From NCBI RefSeq assembly GCF_022045235.1, contig NW_027266269.1:17174001-17238000 (forward strand): 64,000 bases of DNA, given 5' to 3'. Position numbers and translations under genes: made by a program. Positions 12,850-23,170 of this stretch are shown here, piece after piece. Position 1 is the stretch's first letter. Every line of letters begins with the position of its first letter. Source of the stretch: Haliotis cracherodii (lineage: Eukaryota). Below the pieces are notes generated by a model. The model was not told the origin of the DNA, did not search any database, and was given only the letters and a program-made list of their open reading frames with translations.

Positions 12850-13616
12850 CAGCTTCCCGAGGCGAGGGAGTTAACTGACTGTAAAAGTCCAGTTTCCATC
12901 CTTGCCGAATCAGGCTGTATTATGGAGTTACATTTTGGCTGTGCTAACGAGTCCATGCATAGTCCAATCAAAATCGCGTAACAAACTAGAAATCCGGTTT
13001 CTAAACAACATGGATTTCGTAAGACAAGTTCTATGGATGAACAACCTCTTTATTACAATAAGGGCGACGTTTCGGTGTAGATCCTAACACCTATATCAAG
13101 CAAGTGATAAAGGTGTTAGGATCTACACCGAAACGTCGCACTAATTGTAATAAAGAAGTTGTTCATCCATAGAACTTGTCTTCCTTCATCACGCCAACTT
13201 CTAAATGCCACTTAAAGTAACATGGATTTCAACGTACAGATTTCGGTCGACTGCAGGATTTGCAAAGCATGTGTAAAACTGGGCGTGGACATATTTTGCA
13301 AATTCTTTCATGTTTTTAATCATGGTGCTCACCTGATTCGATGCACCTCGCGAGATAAGACCCACTCAATTACAACACAAATCTTGACTATCGAGCAGAT
13401 CGTCTTGATTGGGCGCCTCCATTTTGTTTGAATCAAATGCACGTGATACGAGAGATGAAATCTGATTGGTCAATAGGCAGGATTCTTCAATAGAAGGGAC
13501 TTACCTTGTAATAGCCACTGGTGGCGCTACGATCGAGCCTGGAAATTCCAGTCGACTTCGGCAAGGGTGGAAACTGGACTTGTATAATCAGTTAACGCCC
13601 TTGCCTCGGGAAGATG
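12850..13616 (+). mobile_element. MITE family M1 (CATCTTCCC...GGGAAGATG TIRs, 9-bp TSD) with a nested 200-bp insert
   Basis: About 60-bp TIRs; degenerate TSD ATAATGCAC/ATACTGAAC; homologous to the copies at 20382 and 53902. Confidence 0.85.
13019..13218. mobile_element. Penelope-like (PLE) inverted terminal fragment
   Basis: About 72-77-bp inverted arms containing TGATAAAGG...CCGAAACGTCG...AATAAA; 12-bp target duplication AACATGGATTTC; absent from the sister MITE copy at 53902. Confidence 0.65.
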
Positions 13617-14552
13617 ATACTGAACATACGTGATACGACTCACTAAGTGTAAGAGAGGCACGTTGTTGTGAGTTGGCGACGGGCGACACACTTGGGGCTG
13701 CACGTGAACAGAAGAAAATTAGAAGTCACCTGAAACAGTATTTTAAGCAGAATTATTTTTAAAAATGTTTCCTCGTTGGTTTAAAACTACCCAATCGACT
13801 GGACCAAAGGGAGTAAACATGTATTGGATTTCGAAAGAAAGATATCAAATACTCAATGTGAATGATAACCTGATTATGAGTAAATGCTAAATGGCTTGAC
13901 ATATAATCTGGAGCCCTGCACCAAGAATAAAAACCGGGGATTCGACCCCACGAGCATCGTACTCTGGCACGACTCTTCTGGAGTGAGGAAAGTACCAAGT
14001 ATAGTATCCCTGGACATCTAATCTACAACCAACTTGAAAACATCAATGTTCTTTTCATGTATGTGTTGTCACCTTTTAATCCCCTCCTTTAATATATTTT
14101 CGGAGCAGTGAGACCAATGTTACAGCGACAGCAAGTAGTCAATCCATGTGACCATAACTGCCCCACACATGATTCACAGGAGTAGAAGGTATGCAGTAGA
14201 ACGGATGCCCGCACCAGGAAGTACCGATAACCAAAGGATATTTGACATGGTTACATTCATGCTGAATACAAACAACAAGCGAAGTCAATAATTCAACATT
14301 AAATTCGATATGATTTGGATAAAATTGAAACCTCGCAAGCTTGAAATCACTCTGGTTGTAAGTCTTCCAACTTGTATGATGACGAGCTCAACATGTCGTT
14401 ATGTTCTACAGCCTTCTTTGTATGTCTTGTCCAACCACAGAACCTACAGAACCATTATCAAGATAGCATCGCCCTTGTTTGTAAAAAAATGATTCCAAAT
14501 ACATCACAGATAAAATAAAAATGAATTGGTTATTCTGTCTGTCGATCTACTT

Positions 14553-14828
14553 TCATCTGAGACTACTGAAAAAGAGTGATGAAAGTTTGCACGATGACTT
14601 TAGACATATGTTTCTTTGATGAGTTCGGAACTTTGTACAGGGCATTCCTACAGTGGACTCCAGATCAAGGATGTTGTCTTTGGGAGCACATTCCCAGAAT
14701 ATATGCATAGTGCTTCTAAGACTTTCAAATAAGATCCAGCAGCACCAGGAAATACTGTTCTGATAAAATATTTTTTCAGACTTTACAAAGTATTTCAATG
14801 TGGTGTGAATGCTATTTACTTTTAACAC
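14553..14828 (-). pseudogene. Possible decayed L1/Tx1-type LINE ORF2 C-terminal fragment
   Basis: HIFWEC motif in the minus-strand translation resembles the HLFWEC zinc-binding motif; otherwise highly degraded. Confidence 0.3.
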
Positions 14829-17773
14829 TGTTTAAGAAAAAGTATATTCCTAGTTTAAGTACACATCAGTACACACCATTCACCAGTTGGACCCCTGAGG
14901 TGTCAATCTTGTGGGAGACTTTTACGCCCGAGCGAGGAATCCTTTCCGAATCTTGTCGTAATTATTATGATTGATAAGAATGGAAGAAAACGTTTCCATT
15001 AATATATAGGCATGAATTAAAATATTCTGGATGGAATATCTGGGATGACTACAGGCTACGTGAATGTACCAATATTGGCTTATGGAAACACGTGTCACTA
15101 GTAGTAGTATTGTTACCAGCGTGCAAAGATGTTAGCTCCTCGGGTGGATTCAAGGCAACAACCAATCACTGTCACGAGACAATTACGTTTTTATATATGG
15201 ACAAGACGCACGTGCCATTGACAGTGCACGCGATCGATGAGAAAAGCCCGTTACTCTGGTGAACGCGCGTTGACCAAAGAATGACATTTTAGCACACGCT
15301 AACTGACTGATGAGTTTAATGAACAGATTTTAATGAATATCATTAACTATGTATCTAGGTAATAACATTTATACGAGCTACATTCCTAAATGCATCAGGG
15401 CAAGGAAACTTACGATTGTCGGTGTAAGACTGTCTCAATAATGAACATGTGATGTTGATTCTACATCTCTGTTTGATGGTCCACGCGTTATTGTGAACTT
15501 CCTTGTCGTGTTAAATGCATTATACAGAACAGGTACAACGGCAGCTATGTGAAACACCTGTTAACATCTCAGAGTTGTGTGTTGTAGCAATATACATGCT
15601 GCATGACACACTGTTGTGTTTCTCCTCAGGGAAGTCTTTTTGTATTAGGCCTATATCTAAGGATGTGTTTTATGCATTTGTTTAGGATACTGTCTAAGTT
15701 GTGCTTGGTTAACACTGGTGTTCTCAGGTTAAATGGAATTAACCTTGGTTGCCAGAAATACGCTAATCTCAGTAAACAATCGAACACAAGTAATGTTATT
15801 ACACAAAAATACATGTGAGCTATGTCTGCTGGTCCGAATCCCGACACAATGTGTTATCAGGGCTTATTTCAGGTATGTAATGGTCATGCTGGGACAGAGA
15901 TACCAACCATATCTGACTAAGATACAGATCTGATTATAGACTCAATATGCAGGGCCGGGGAATCTATGAAACGAAAGAATAATGTCTACACACGGAATGC
16001 ACACCCATGATATGATACAGATTGTGTTTATGTGAGAGAGGGCATATTAGCGTATAACCTATAATCCCTACCGGCACTCTAATGACAATGCGTCTTTGAA
16101 GAATACGAGTATGAAGTTGGTCTAGGAATTTAGGAGTTACACCTGGGGATAGCGTCCTCGTGTTATAACTAATGTAGTTCAGGACAATATTACACTTTGG
16201 TTACAACACATGGGGTAGTGCAAACTTTGATTCTTAATTCAGATGACTGATTCCCTTTTACTATAAAGTAATTATTTTTTTAATACGCATACCTTGCTTA
16301 CTGGCATTTTACTCCTCTTGCATTTGACAATTCTGTTTAGTGTGGAACAAGTACTGTCTCACACGTCCTATCGTAAACCTTGTGTATGTAAATTCAAAAA
16401 TCAAAATCAGCATCCATTTTTTCTCGACATTCATGTGATGCTCCAAACCACTTAGCGGTAATGAAGACGAATGACAATCTTCTCAGAGAGGACAGAGTGA
16501 CGACAAACAGGAGACGCATAACGCGGCCGCAGTATAAAACAGCAGCTTGGTCTAATGTCAGGGGAAGACGCCGTGGGTAACAGCTAGCTGGAAGAAAGCA
16601 ACAAGACTGAAGGTCTAGTGGCCATGTCTGTCCCCGAAGACGTCAGCTCGACCGGCTTGGCTGTGTGGTCACTTATTGGACATTTCGAATCAGGAAAGTA
16701 ATAAAGCTGTCAATTTAAACAGAGGCAAATGATGTTTAGCAGAAGGTTAACTTTTATATTACAATATGTTCGTATGTAACACCTGGCCATTAGGGGTAAA
16801 CTTGACAGCTGGCGCGAGTTGCCGATGGGGACATGCACATCCTTATCTGTCTCTCCTTCCACACGGACCACGTGTACAGTGCAAAGTTGAAAGATAGAGG
16901 TTCGCGTGTACATACACCGACTTATCTTGTATGTGGTATCGGTACTTTGAGTCGACAGCCTACCAGGCGGGTATAACATATAAGCAATAATGGCTCCAAG
17001 TACAACTTGTGCTTTACCTTATGTTCTTCCCCGTGCAACATTGCACGTAGGGGTGACAACGACCCACGCGCTATGTTCACTGTGCACCCTTTCCCTGCAT
17101 AGAAGCTGCACTTCAGATTACAGTTAAATCATCGACCATCCATATTTATCGAATCAGTGTAATACACTGTTAATGCCTGACATGCTACAACTACATAGGT
17201 GTGTACTGGGGGATACTTACATAGCAGCAGGCAGTCGATGGCTGTCAACGCGCGCCATGGAGTCCTATGGAGGAGTTCTTGCAGCTGCACGAGAGTCACT
17301 CCTTGTTGTGTTGTAGTAAACCACAGTAATTATGTAGCACCACTTCTGTCTTCACAATGGCGGGAAGTTGGGCATTCATCCTGCTCTGTTGTCTAACTAT
17401 CTGAATGCACGTATTATCAAAGTCAGAGCGGAAGTGATAATGAGCCGAGGGTTCGAGGCCCTGGACACAAAGGTGTAATCAGTGCTCAGCTATAGCAGTA
17501 TAACAACGGTGTGATGAACGAAAGTGTAACGCGATTTCTAATCAGTCATATCACACGGCAGTATTCGTGTTAAGGAGTGAGTTGCCGCTTTCAGAGACAT
17601 AATGACCATTCATACATCTGAACAGGTGATCAGGTATTCTAAATACTAAACGAATAACAACACTATACCTAACTCATTAAGTGACATATTTCCAATAAGA
17701 TTTCATGATTACTAAACTAAAATTGCCAGCTCACGAAACTCTCCGCTCCTCTTCTGAAAAACTGTATCTGCGC

Positions 17774-19670
17774 GTGAGTGTTGTCATGTATACACCGCCA
17801 TACTATGGTGGCCGTTGATAGGATGAATGAAGCACTATGTGTGAGTGTTGTCATGTATACACCGCCATACTATGGTGGCCGTTGATAGGATGAATGAAGC
17901 ACTATGTGTGAGTGTTGTCATGTATACACCGCCATACTATGGTGGCCGTTGATAGGATGAATGAAGCACTATGTGTGAGTGTTGTCATGTATACACCGCC
18001 ATACTATGGTGGCCGTTGATAGGATGAATGAAGCACTATGTGTGAGTGTTGTCATGTATACACCGCCATACTATGGTGGCCGTTGATAGGATGAATGAAG
18101 CACTATGTGTGAGTGTTGTCATGTATACACCGCCATACTATGGTTGCCGTTGATAGGATGAATGAAGCACTATGTGTGAGTGTTGTCATGTATACACCGC
18201 CATACTATGGTGGCCGTTGATAGGATGAATGAAGCACTATGTGTGAGTGTTGTCATGTATACACCGCCATACTATGGTGGCCGTTGATAGGATGAATGAA
18301 GCACTATGTGTGAGTGTTGTCATGTATACACAGCCATACTATGGTGGCCGTTGATAGGATGAATGAAGCACTATGTGTGAGTGTTGTCATGTATACACCG
18401 CCACACTATGGTGGCCGTTGATAGGATGAATGAAGCACTATGTGTGAGTGTTGTCATGTATACATCGCCACACTATGGTGGCCGTTGATAGGATGAATGA
18501 AGCACTATGTGTGAGTGTTGTCATGTATACACCGCCATACTATGGTGGCTGTTGATAGGATGAATGAAGCACTATGTGTGAGTGTTGTCATGTATACACC
18601 GCCACACTATGGTGGCCGTTGATAGGATGAATGAAGCGTTATGTGTGAGTGTTGTCATGTATACACCTCTACACTAAGGTGGCTGTTGATAGATGAATGA
18701 AGCACTATGTGTGAGAGTTGTCATGTATACACCTCTACACTAAAGTGGCTGTTGATAGGATGAATGAAGCACTATGTGTGAGTGTTGTCATGTATACATC
18801 GCCACACTATGGTGGCCGTTGATAGGATGAATGAAGCACTATGTGTGAGTGTTGTCATGTATACATCGCCACACTATGGTTGCCGTTGATAGGATGAATG
18901 AAGCACTATGTGTGAGTGTTGTCATGTATACACCGCCATACTATGGTGGCCGTTGATAGGATGAATGAAGCACTATGTGTGAGTGTTGTCATGTATACAT
19001 CGCCACACTATGGTTGCCGTTGATAGGATGAATGAAGCGTTATGTGTGAGTGTTGTCATGTATACACCGCCACACTATGGTGGCCGTTGATAGGATGAAT
19101 GAAGCACTATGTGTGAGTGTTGTCATGTATACACCGCCATACTATGGTGGCCGTTGATAGGATGAATGAAGCACTATGTGTGAGTGTTGTCATGTATACA
19201 CCGCCATACTATGGTGGCCGTTGATAGGATGAATGAAGCACTATGTGTGAGTGTTGTCATGTATACATCGCCACACTATGGTTGCCGTTGATAGGATGAA
19301 TGAAGCACTATGTGTGAGTGTTGTCATGTATACACCGTCACACTAAGGTGGCCGTTGATAGGATGAATGAAGCGTTATGTGTGAGTGCTGTCATGTATAC
19401 ATCGCCACACTAAGGTTGCCGTTGATAGGATGAATGAAGCACTATGTGTGAGTGCTGTCATGTATACATCGCCACACTATGGTGGCCGTTGATAGGATGA
19501 ATGAAGCACTATGTGTGAGTGTTGTCATGTATACACCTCCACACTAACGTGGCTGTTGATAGGATGAATGAAGCACTATGTGTGAGTGCTGTCATGTATA
19601 CATCGCCACACTAAGGTTGCCGTTGATAGGATGAATGAAGCGTTATGTGTGAGTGTTGTCATTTATACAC
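17774..19670. repeat. 67-bp minisatellite, about 28 copies
   Basis: Unit GTGAGTGTTGTCATGTATACACCGCCATACTATGGTGGCCGTTGATAGGATGAATGAAGCACTATGT; successive starts at 17774 and 17841. Confidence 0.97.
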
Positions 19671-19852
19671 CGAAAGACCTGATTGTTGGACAACGGTCTG
19701 GGGATAAAATCAGGGTGCGTAACCCTCATCGGATCATGCGTGCAGGACTCCTGACCCAAGCTACCACGAAAGACCGCATCGTCTACACCAAGCGCCGCAT
19801 CCTCTACAGTACAGGCACGGGTCTGCCTGTAGACACGGTCCCCTTTGGGTGA
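19671..19852 (+). pseudogene. Protein-primed DNA polymerase B C-terminal fragment (Polinton type)
   Basis: KIRVRNPHRIMR...TTKDRIVYTKRRIL...DTVPFG* resembles the K.YRIVY.KR....T.P(Y/F)G C-terminal motif of Polinton pPolB; 5'-truncated at the minisatellite. Confidence 0.75.
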
Positions 19853-20018
19853 AGAGACTAGACAATTTTTATGATGTTCTCAACGTTGTGTCGGCTGTTG
19901 GCGTTTTATCTTGAGGACATGCGTGTTCGGAGAGAGTGCCGTGCACTGTTCACTTCAATCCGTGAAGCCATGGAAGAAATCAACAACGGTCAGATTAGTG
20001 GAACGAAAACAAATGCAA

Positions 20019-20295
20019 CCAATGAGAAGCTAGGGTTTTCGACCAATCAGAGGCCCGCACACACCCTGTGCGAGACTCTGGTCGAACAGTGGTTGTGCTT
20101 TCTCTCCCATGGAACAGGCCTTTTCCTGTGGAAAAGAAACACAACGTCTGTGCCAAACTGGGTTGTGTGTGGGCCAGAAACCAACCAATGAGAAGGTCGG
20201 GTTCTTCACCAATGAGAAGCTTGGGGTTTTATCCAATCAGGAAGCAGGGTTTCAGTTCCTTAAATACCACAGACGTTCGCTTGTCATCACTTTTC
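20019..20295 (+). promoter_or_regulatory. CCAAT-box array plus TATA-like and Inr-like elements upstream of the zinc-knuckle ORF
   Basis: CCAAT at 20019, 20043, 20185, 20209 and 20233 (24-bp spacing within each cluster), TTAAATA at 20260, TCACTT at about 20287, ATG at 20320. Confidence 0.6.
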
Positions 20296-20319
20296 TGCTG
20301 CTGTCCAAGAAGCAACATC

Positions 20320-21201
20320 ATGTCGTCTCGATACAACTGTCTGAAGTGTCAGACCGACAGTCACAGTTACCTGTACTGTCCCATCTTCCCCAGGCAAGAG
20401 AGTTAACTGACTTTAAAAGTCCAGTTTCCACCCTTGCCGAACTAGGCTGGAATTACTGGGCAGTGGCTGTTACTAGTTATGTTCCCCCCCCTGAGCCTCT
20501 CCTATGGACCAATCAGATTCCACCTCTCGTATCACTTGACGTTTGCTTCACACAAAATGGTGGCGCCCAGTCAGGACGATCTGAGCGATAATCAAGATCT
20601 ATATTGTGATAAAACGGGTCTTACATCGCGAAATGCACATCAAAACACGTGAGCACCTTGATTAAAAACATGAAAAGATTTGGAAAATATTTGCTGACAA
20701 CGAGTTGGCTGTGCATATGCTTTGCAAATCCTGCAATCGACCGAAATCTGCACGACTGTTCACGAACTTGATTTCGGTGCGCGATTTTGATTGGACTATG
20801 CATAGACTCGTTAGTCCAGCCAAAATGTAACGACATAATACCAGTCTAGTTCGGCAAGGGTGGAAACTGGATTTTTGTCGTCAGTTAACTCTCTTGCCTC
20901 GGGAAGATGGTACTGTCCTGAAGTGACATGTACCGAGTGTCACACTCAAGGTCACCGCCACTATGTCTGTACGGAGACGAAGACAAACAGTCAAGGTCAA
21001 GCACATGGTCCATGCTACAACAGTCAAGCCGTTGGCCATTTCGCTGCAGATTGCCCAGAACCCCACAAGAAGACTCCAGCAGCGCCGTCAATGTCGACAC
21101 AACTGACACAAGTGCTCCATCTTATAGAAGACATACATAACAATGTCCGTACCCTAAAAGAACACATAACACATCTCCATGCGGATGTTACAGCAAGCTG
21201 A
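20320..21201 (+). pseudogene. Triple CCHC zinc-knuckle plus coiled-coil protein (114 aa once the MITE is removed)
   Basis: CLKCQTDSHSYLYC, CTECHTQGHRHYVC and CYNSQAVGHFAADC. Removing 20382-20918 restores one open frame. Confidence 0.8.
20382..20909 (-). mobile_element. MITE family M1, 528 bp, perfect 9-bp TSD
   Basis: TIRs CATCTTCCC.AGGCAAGAGAGTTAACTGAC; TSD GTACTGTCC at 20373-20381 and 20910-20918; opposite orientation to the other two copies. Confidence 0.92.
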
Positions 21202-21284
21202 GGCAAAAGAAAAAACAACAGAAGCCCCTCAAGAAATCCCCCTTTAAAGCGCCGGCGACGTCATCATTCCTAGGAGGAGGTGCG

Positions 21285-21553
21285 AGTGAGTGAGTTGGGT
21301 TTAACGCCGCTTTTAACAGTATTCCAGTTATATCACGGCGTGTCAGCTTTTATATGGGAGGAAAGCCCGAAGTGACGCAGGTATCCGACGTTTACCACTT
21401 CGGTAAAACCCACGAGCACGGGAATGGTGCTGACAAACCTAGAAACATAATCGGGGCGAACCGGGATTCGAACCTACGATCATAGGTTTCTGGCGTGTCC
21501 AAGGGACGCAACTCTGCACAGCGCATCGCGGCGCTTTAGACGACTGGGCCTCC
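21285..21553 (-). mobile_element. tRNA-derived SINE family C
   Basis: On the minus strand: A-box-like GGCCCAGTCGTCTAAAGCG, B box GGTTCGAATCC, and tail GCGGCGTTAAACCCAACTCACTCAC. Degenerate relatives at about 45519-45670 and 53740-53895. Confidence 0.8.
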
Positions 21554-21779
21554 CGTTTACACGAGTAAAACACCACGTATGTCTATCTAAACGTATGTTT
21601 GTAGTCACGAGTGACAACACGTTTGCATGTATACACGAGTGACAACACCTATGCATGAATTGGCGAGCGACACCGCGAATGTCTGTCTAAACGTATGTTT
21701 GTAGTCACGAGTGACACCACGTTTGCACCTAAGCTCAGACCAGGCACCGGAACGGTCCAATCGGCGCTGCGTTTTGGAC

Positions 21780-21859
21780 CCATCAGCGTGCAGAGACCTA
21801 AACAGAAATAGAAGCCTCTGGACAAGGCTCCGGCCAAGTCCAAGAAGAATGAGAAACAA

Positions 21860-21894
<35 letters not shown>

Positions 21895-22390
21895 TTCTAC
21901 ACCACGCCTGGTCATGAAAGTCAGGTCGCCCAGGAGGAAGCAGTCCCCACCAGTCTCCACCATGGAGATTAAGGGGACCCTTCCCCCGACCCCACAGCCC
22001 TCCGCCGCAGCAAAAGACCTTGCTCCCCTCGAATTCAGAGGGGAGGAGCCTTTCCGCTCGCAGGAGGCCACAGGGCATGGAAAGAAGAAGAGGAAGAGGA
22101 GAGGGATCTCCTCTCCCGACACTCCCCCACGCCCGACCCCAACGCCAAGTCTACGTAGACCCTGACCGCTACAGCACCAAGCCCCACCCTCAACAACAGC
22201 CAAGTCCAGACCGACCTGGTCCAGGAACCAGAAGTTGAAGTAGACCTCCGTCTTGAACTTAACCGGTAAGCAGACCTCATCCTGTAACAGCACCAAGCAC
22301 ACCTCGACCTCTACCAAGGTCTCTCTCTAGAAGAACATAGCCTAGCCAGGAGGCTCCTGGAAAGGCATCGCCAATAGAAAGCAACGGGAC
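21780..22390 (+). pseudogene. Decayed Lys/Pro-rich ORF with NLS-like KKKRKRR and an acidic helical tail
   Basis: QRPKQK*KPLDKAPAKSKKNEKQTPTPTP...GKKKRKRRGISSPDTPP..., then DLVQEPEVEVDLRLELNR*ADLIL*QHQ... in another frame; premature stops and frameshifts. Confidence 0.45.
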
Positions 22391-22491
22391 CAGTCACCAC
22401 ACAAGCTCGCCAGCCGACGCGTGCCTTCCACAGCTCGAACCACATACATACATCGAGAGGATTCAGTTTCACAAAAATCATCGCATCGAGA

Positions 22492-22830
22492 ATGGCAGTG
22501 ACTGATGGTACGGATGCTTGTGAGCCCAGTAAGCCGCCGACGACACCCCATCAAACTTTTGATAGAAGACTAGTCTCGTTTGAGGCGTGGCGGATGCAGA
22601 TGGGTCAGACCGCTGAAGAGATGGCCCATGTGTGCTTACCGATAGCGTGTGCTGCTTTCAATGCGGCGTGCGGCTGAGAAGATGGGCGCCCCACGACGAT
22701 CCTTGGATCCCCAGTGTGTCTACCTCAAGATGACCGGAATGGTGAGACACAAGAAGAACGTGGAGACTACTACTTTCTGGCACTATCTGTGCGAGAATGC
22801 AAATCAGAGGAGCACGAACGAGGAAGCTTT
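22492..22830 (+). pseudogene. Intronless single-BIR inhibitor-of-apoptosis (IAP)-like pseudogene
   Basis: FDRRLVSFEAW...TAEEMA / TDSVCCFQCGVRLRRWAPHDDPW / PQCVYLK across three frame segments. This is the BIR consensus with two small deletions, covering the AGFxY and EH segments. Confidence 0.8.
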
Positions 22831-23020
22831 CCCCCAGGATGAAGTTCCAGTTTCCGTTCCCGTTCCCGTTCCAGTGTTGGTAGTTTTTCTTCTTCAAACG
22901 GCCCTTTTCAGGGCCATCCAACTCTCCCGAAAAAACACTTTCATCATTGCTTTTCATCACTCTGCTTGCCAACCCTGATGCCAATGATATCCTTACTTAA
23001 GTTGAGGATTTTACGTGCGC

Positions 23021-23170
23021 TTTTTATATTCTCCTCCTCCTCGCCATCTTGGTGGCGCACGCCTTCCCGGAACCGAACGTGCCGTGATCTTGAAGGCGCA
23101 CGCCTTCCCGGAACCGGACGTGCCGGCATCTTTAAGGCGCACGCCTCCTGGAACCGGACGTTGCGCCCTC
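23021..23170 (-). promoter_or_regulatory. Subterminal inward-facing promoter: three 41-bp repeats plus YY1-like motif and TATA
   Basis: GGCGCACGCCTTCCCGGAACCG starting at 23054, 23095 and 23136; CGCCATCTT at 23042; TATAAAAA on the minus strand at 23021-23028. Confidence 0.55.

Noticed and set aside
17774-19670. Regular array that might be taken for CRISPR
   Set aside because: Head-to-tail 67-bp units without unique spacers, in a eukaryotic context with no cas genes.
20860-21201. Retroviral gag / LTR retrotransposon interpretation of the zinc knuckles
   Set aside because: No capsid domain, pol, LTRs or PBS; the ORF is only 114 aa with its own promoter.
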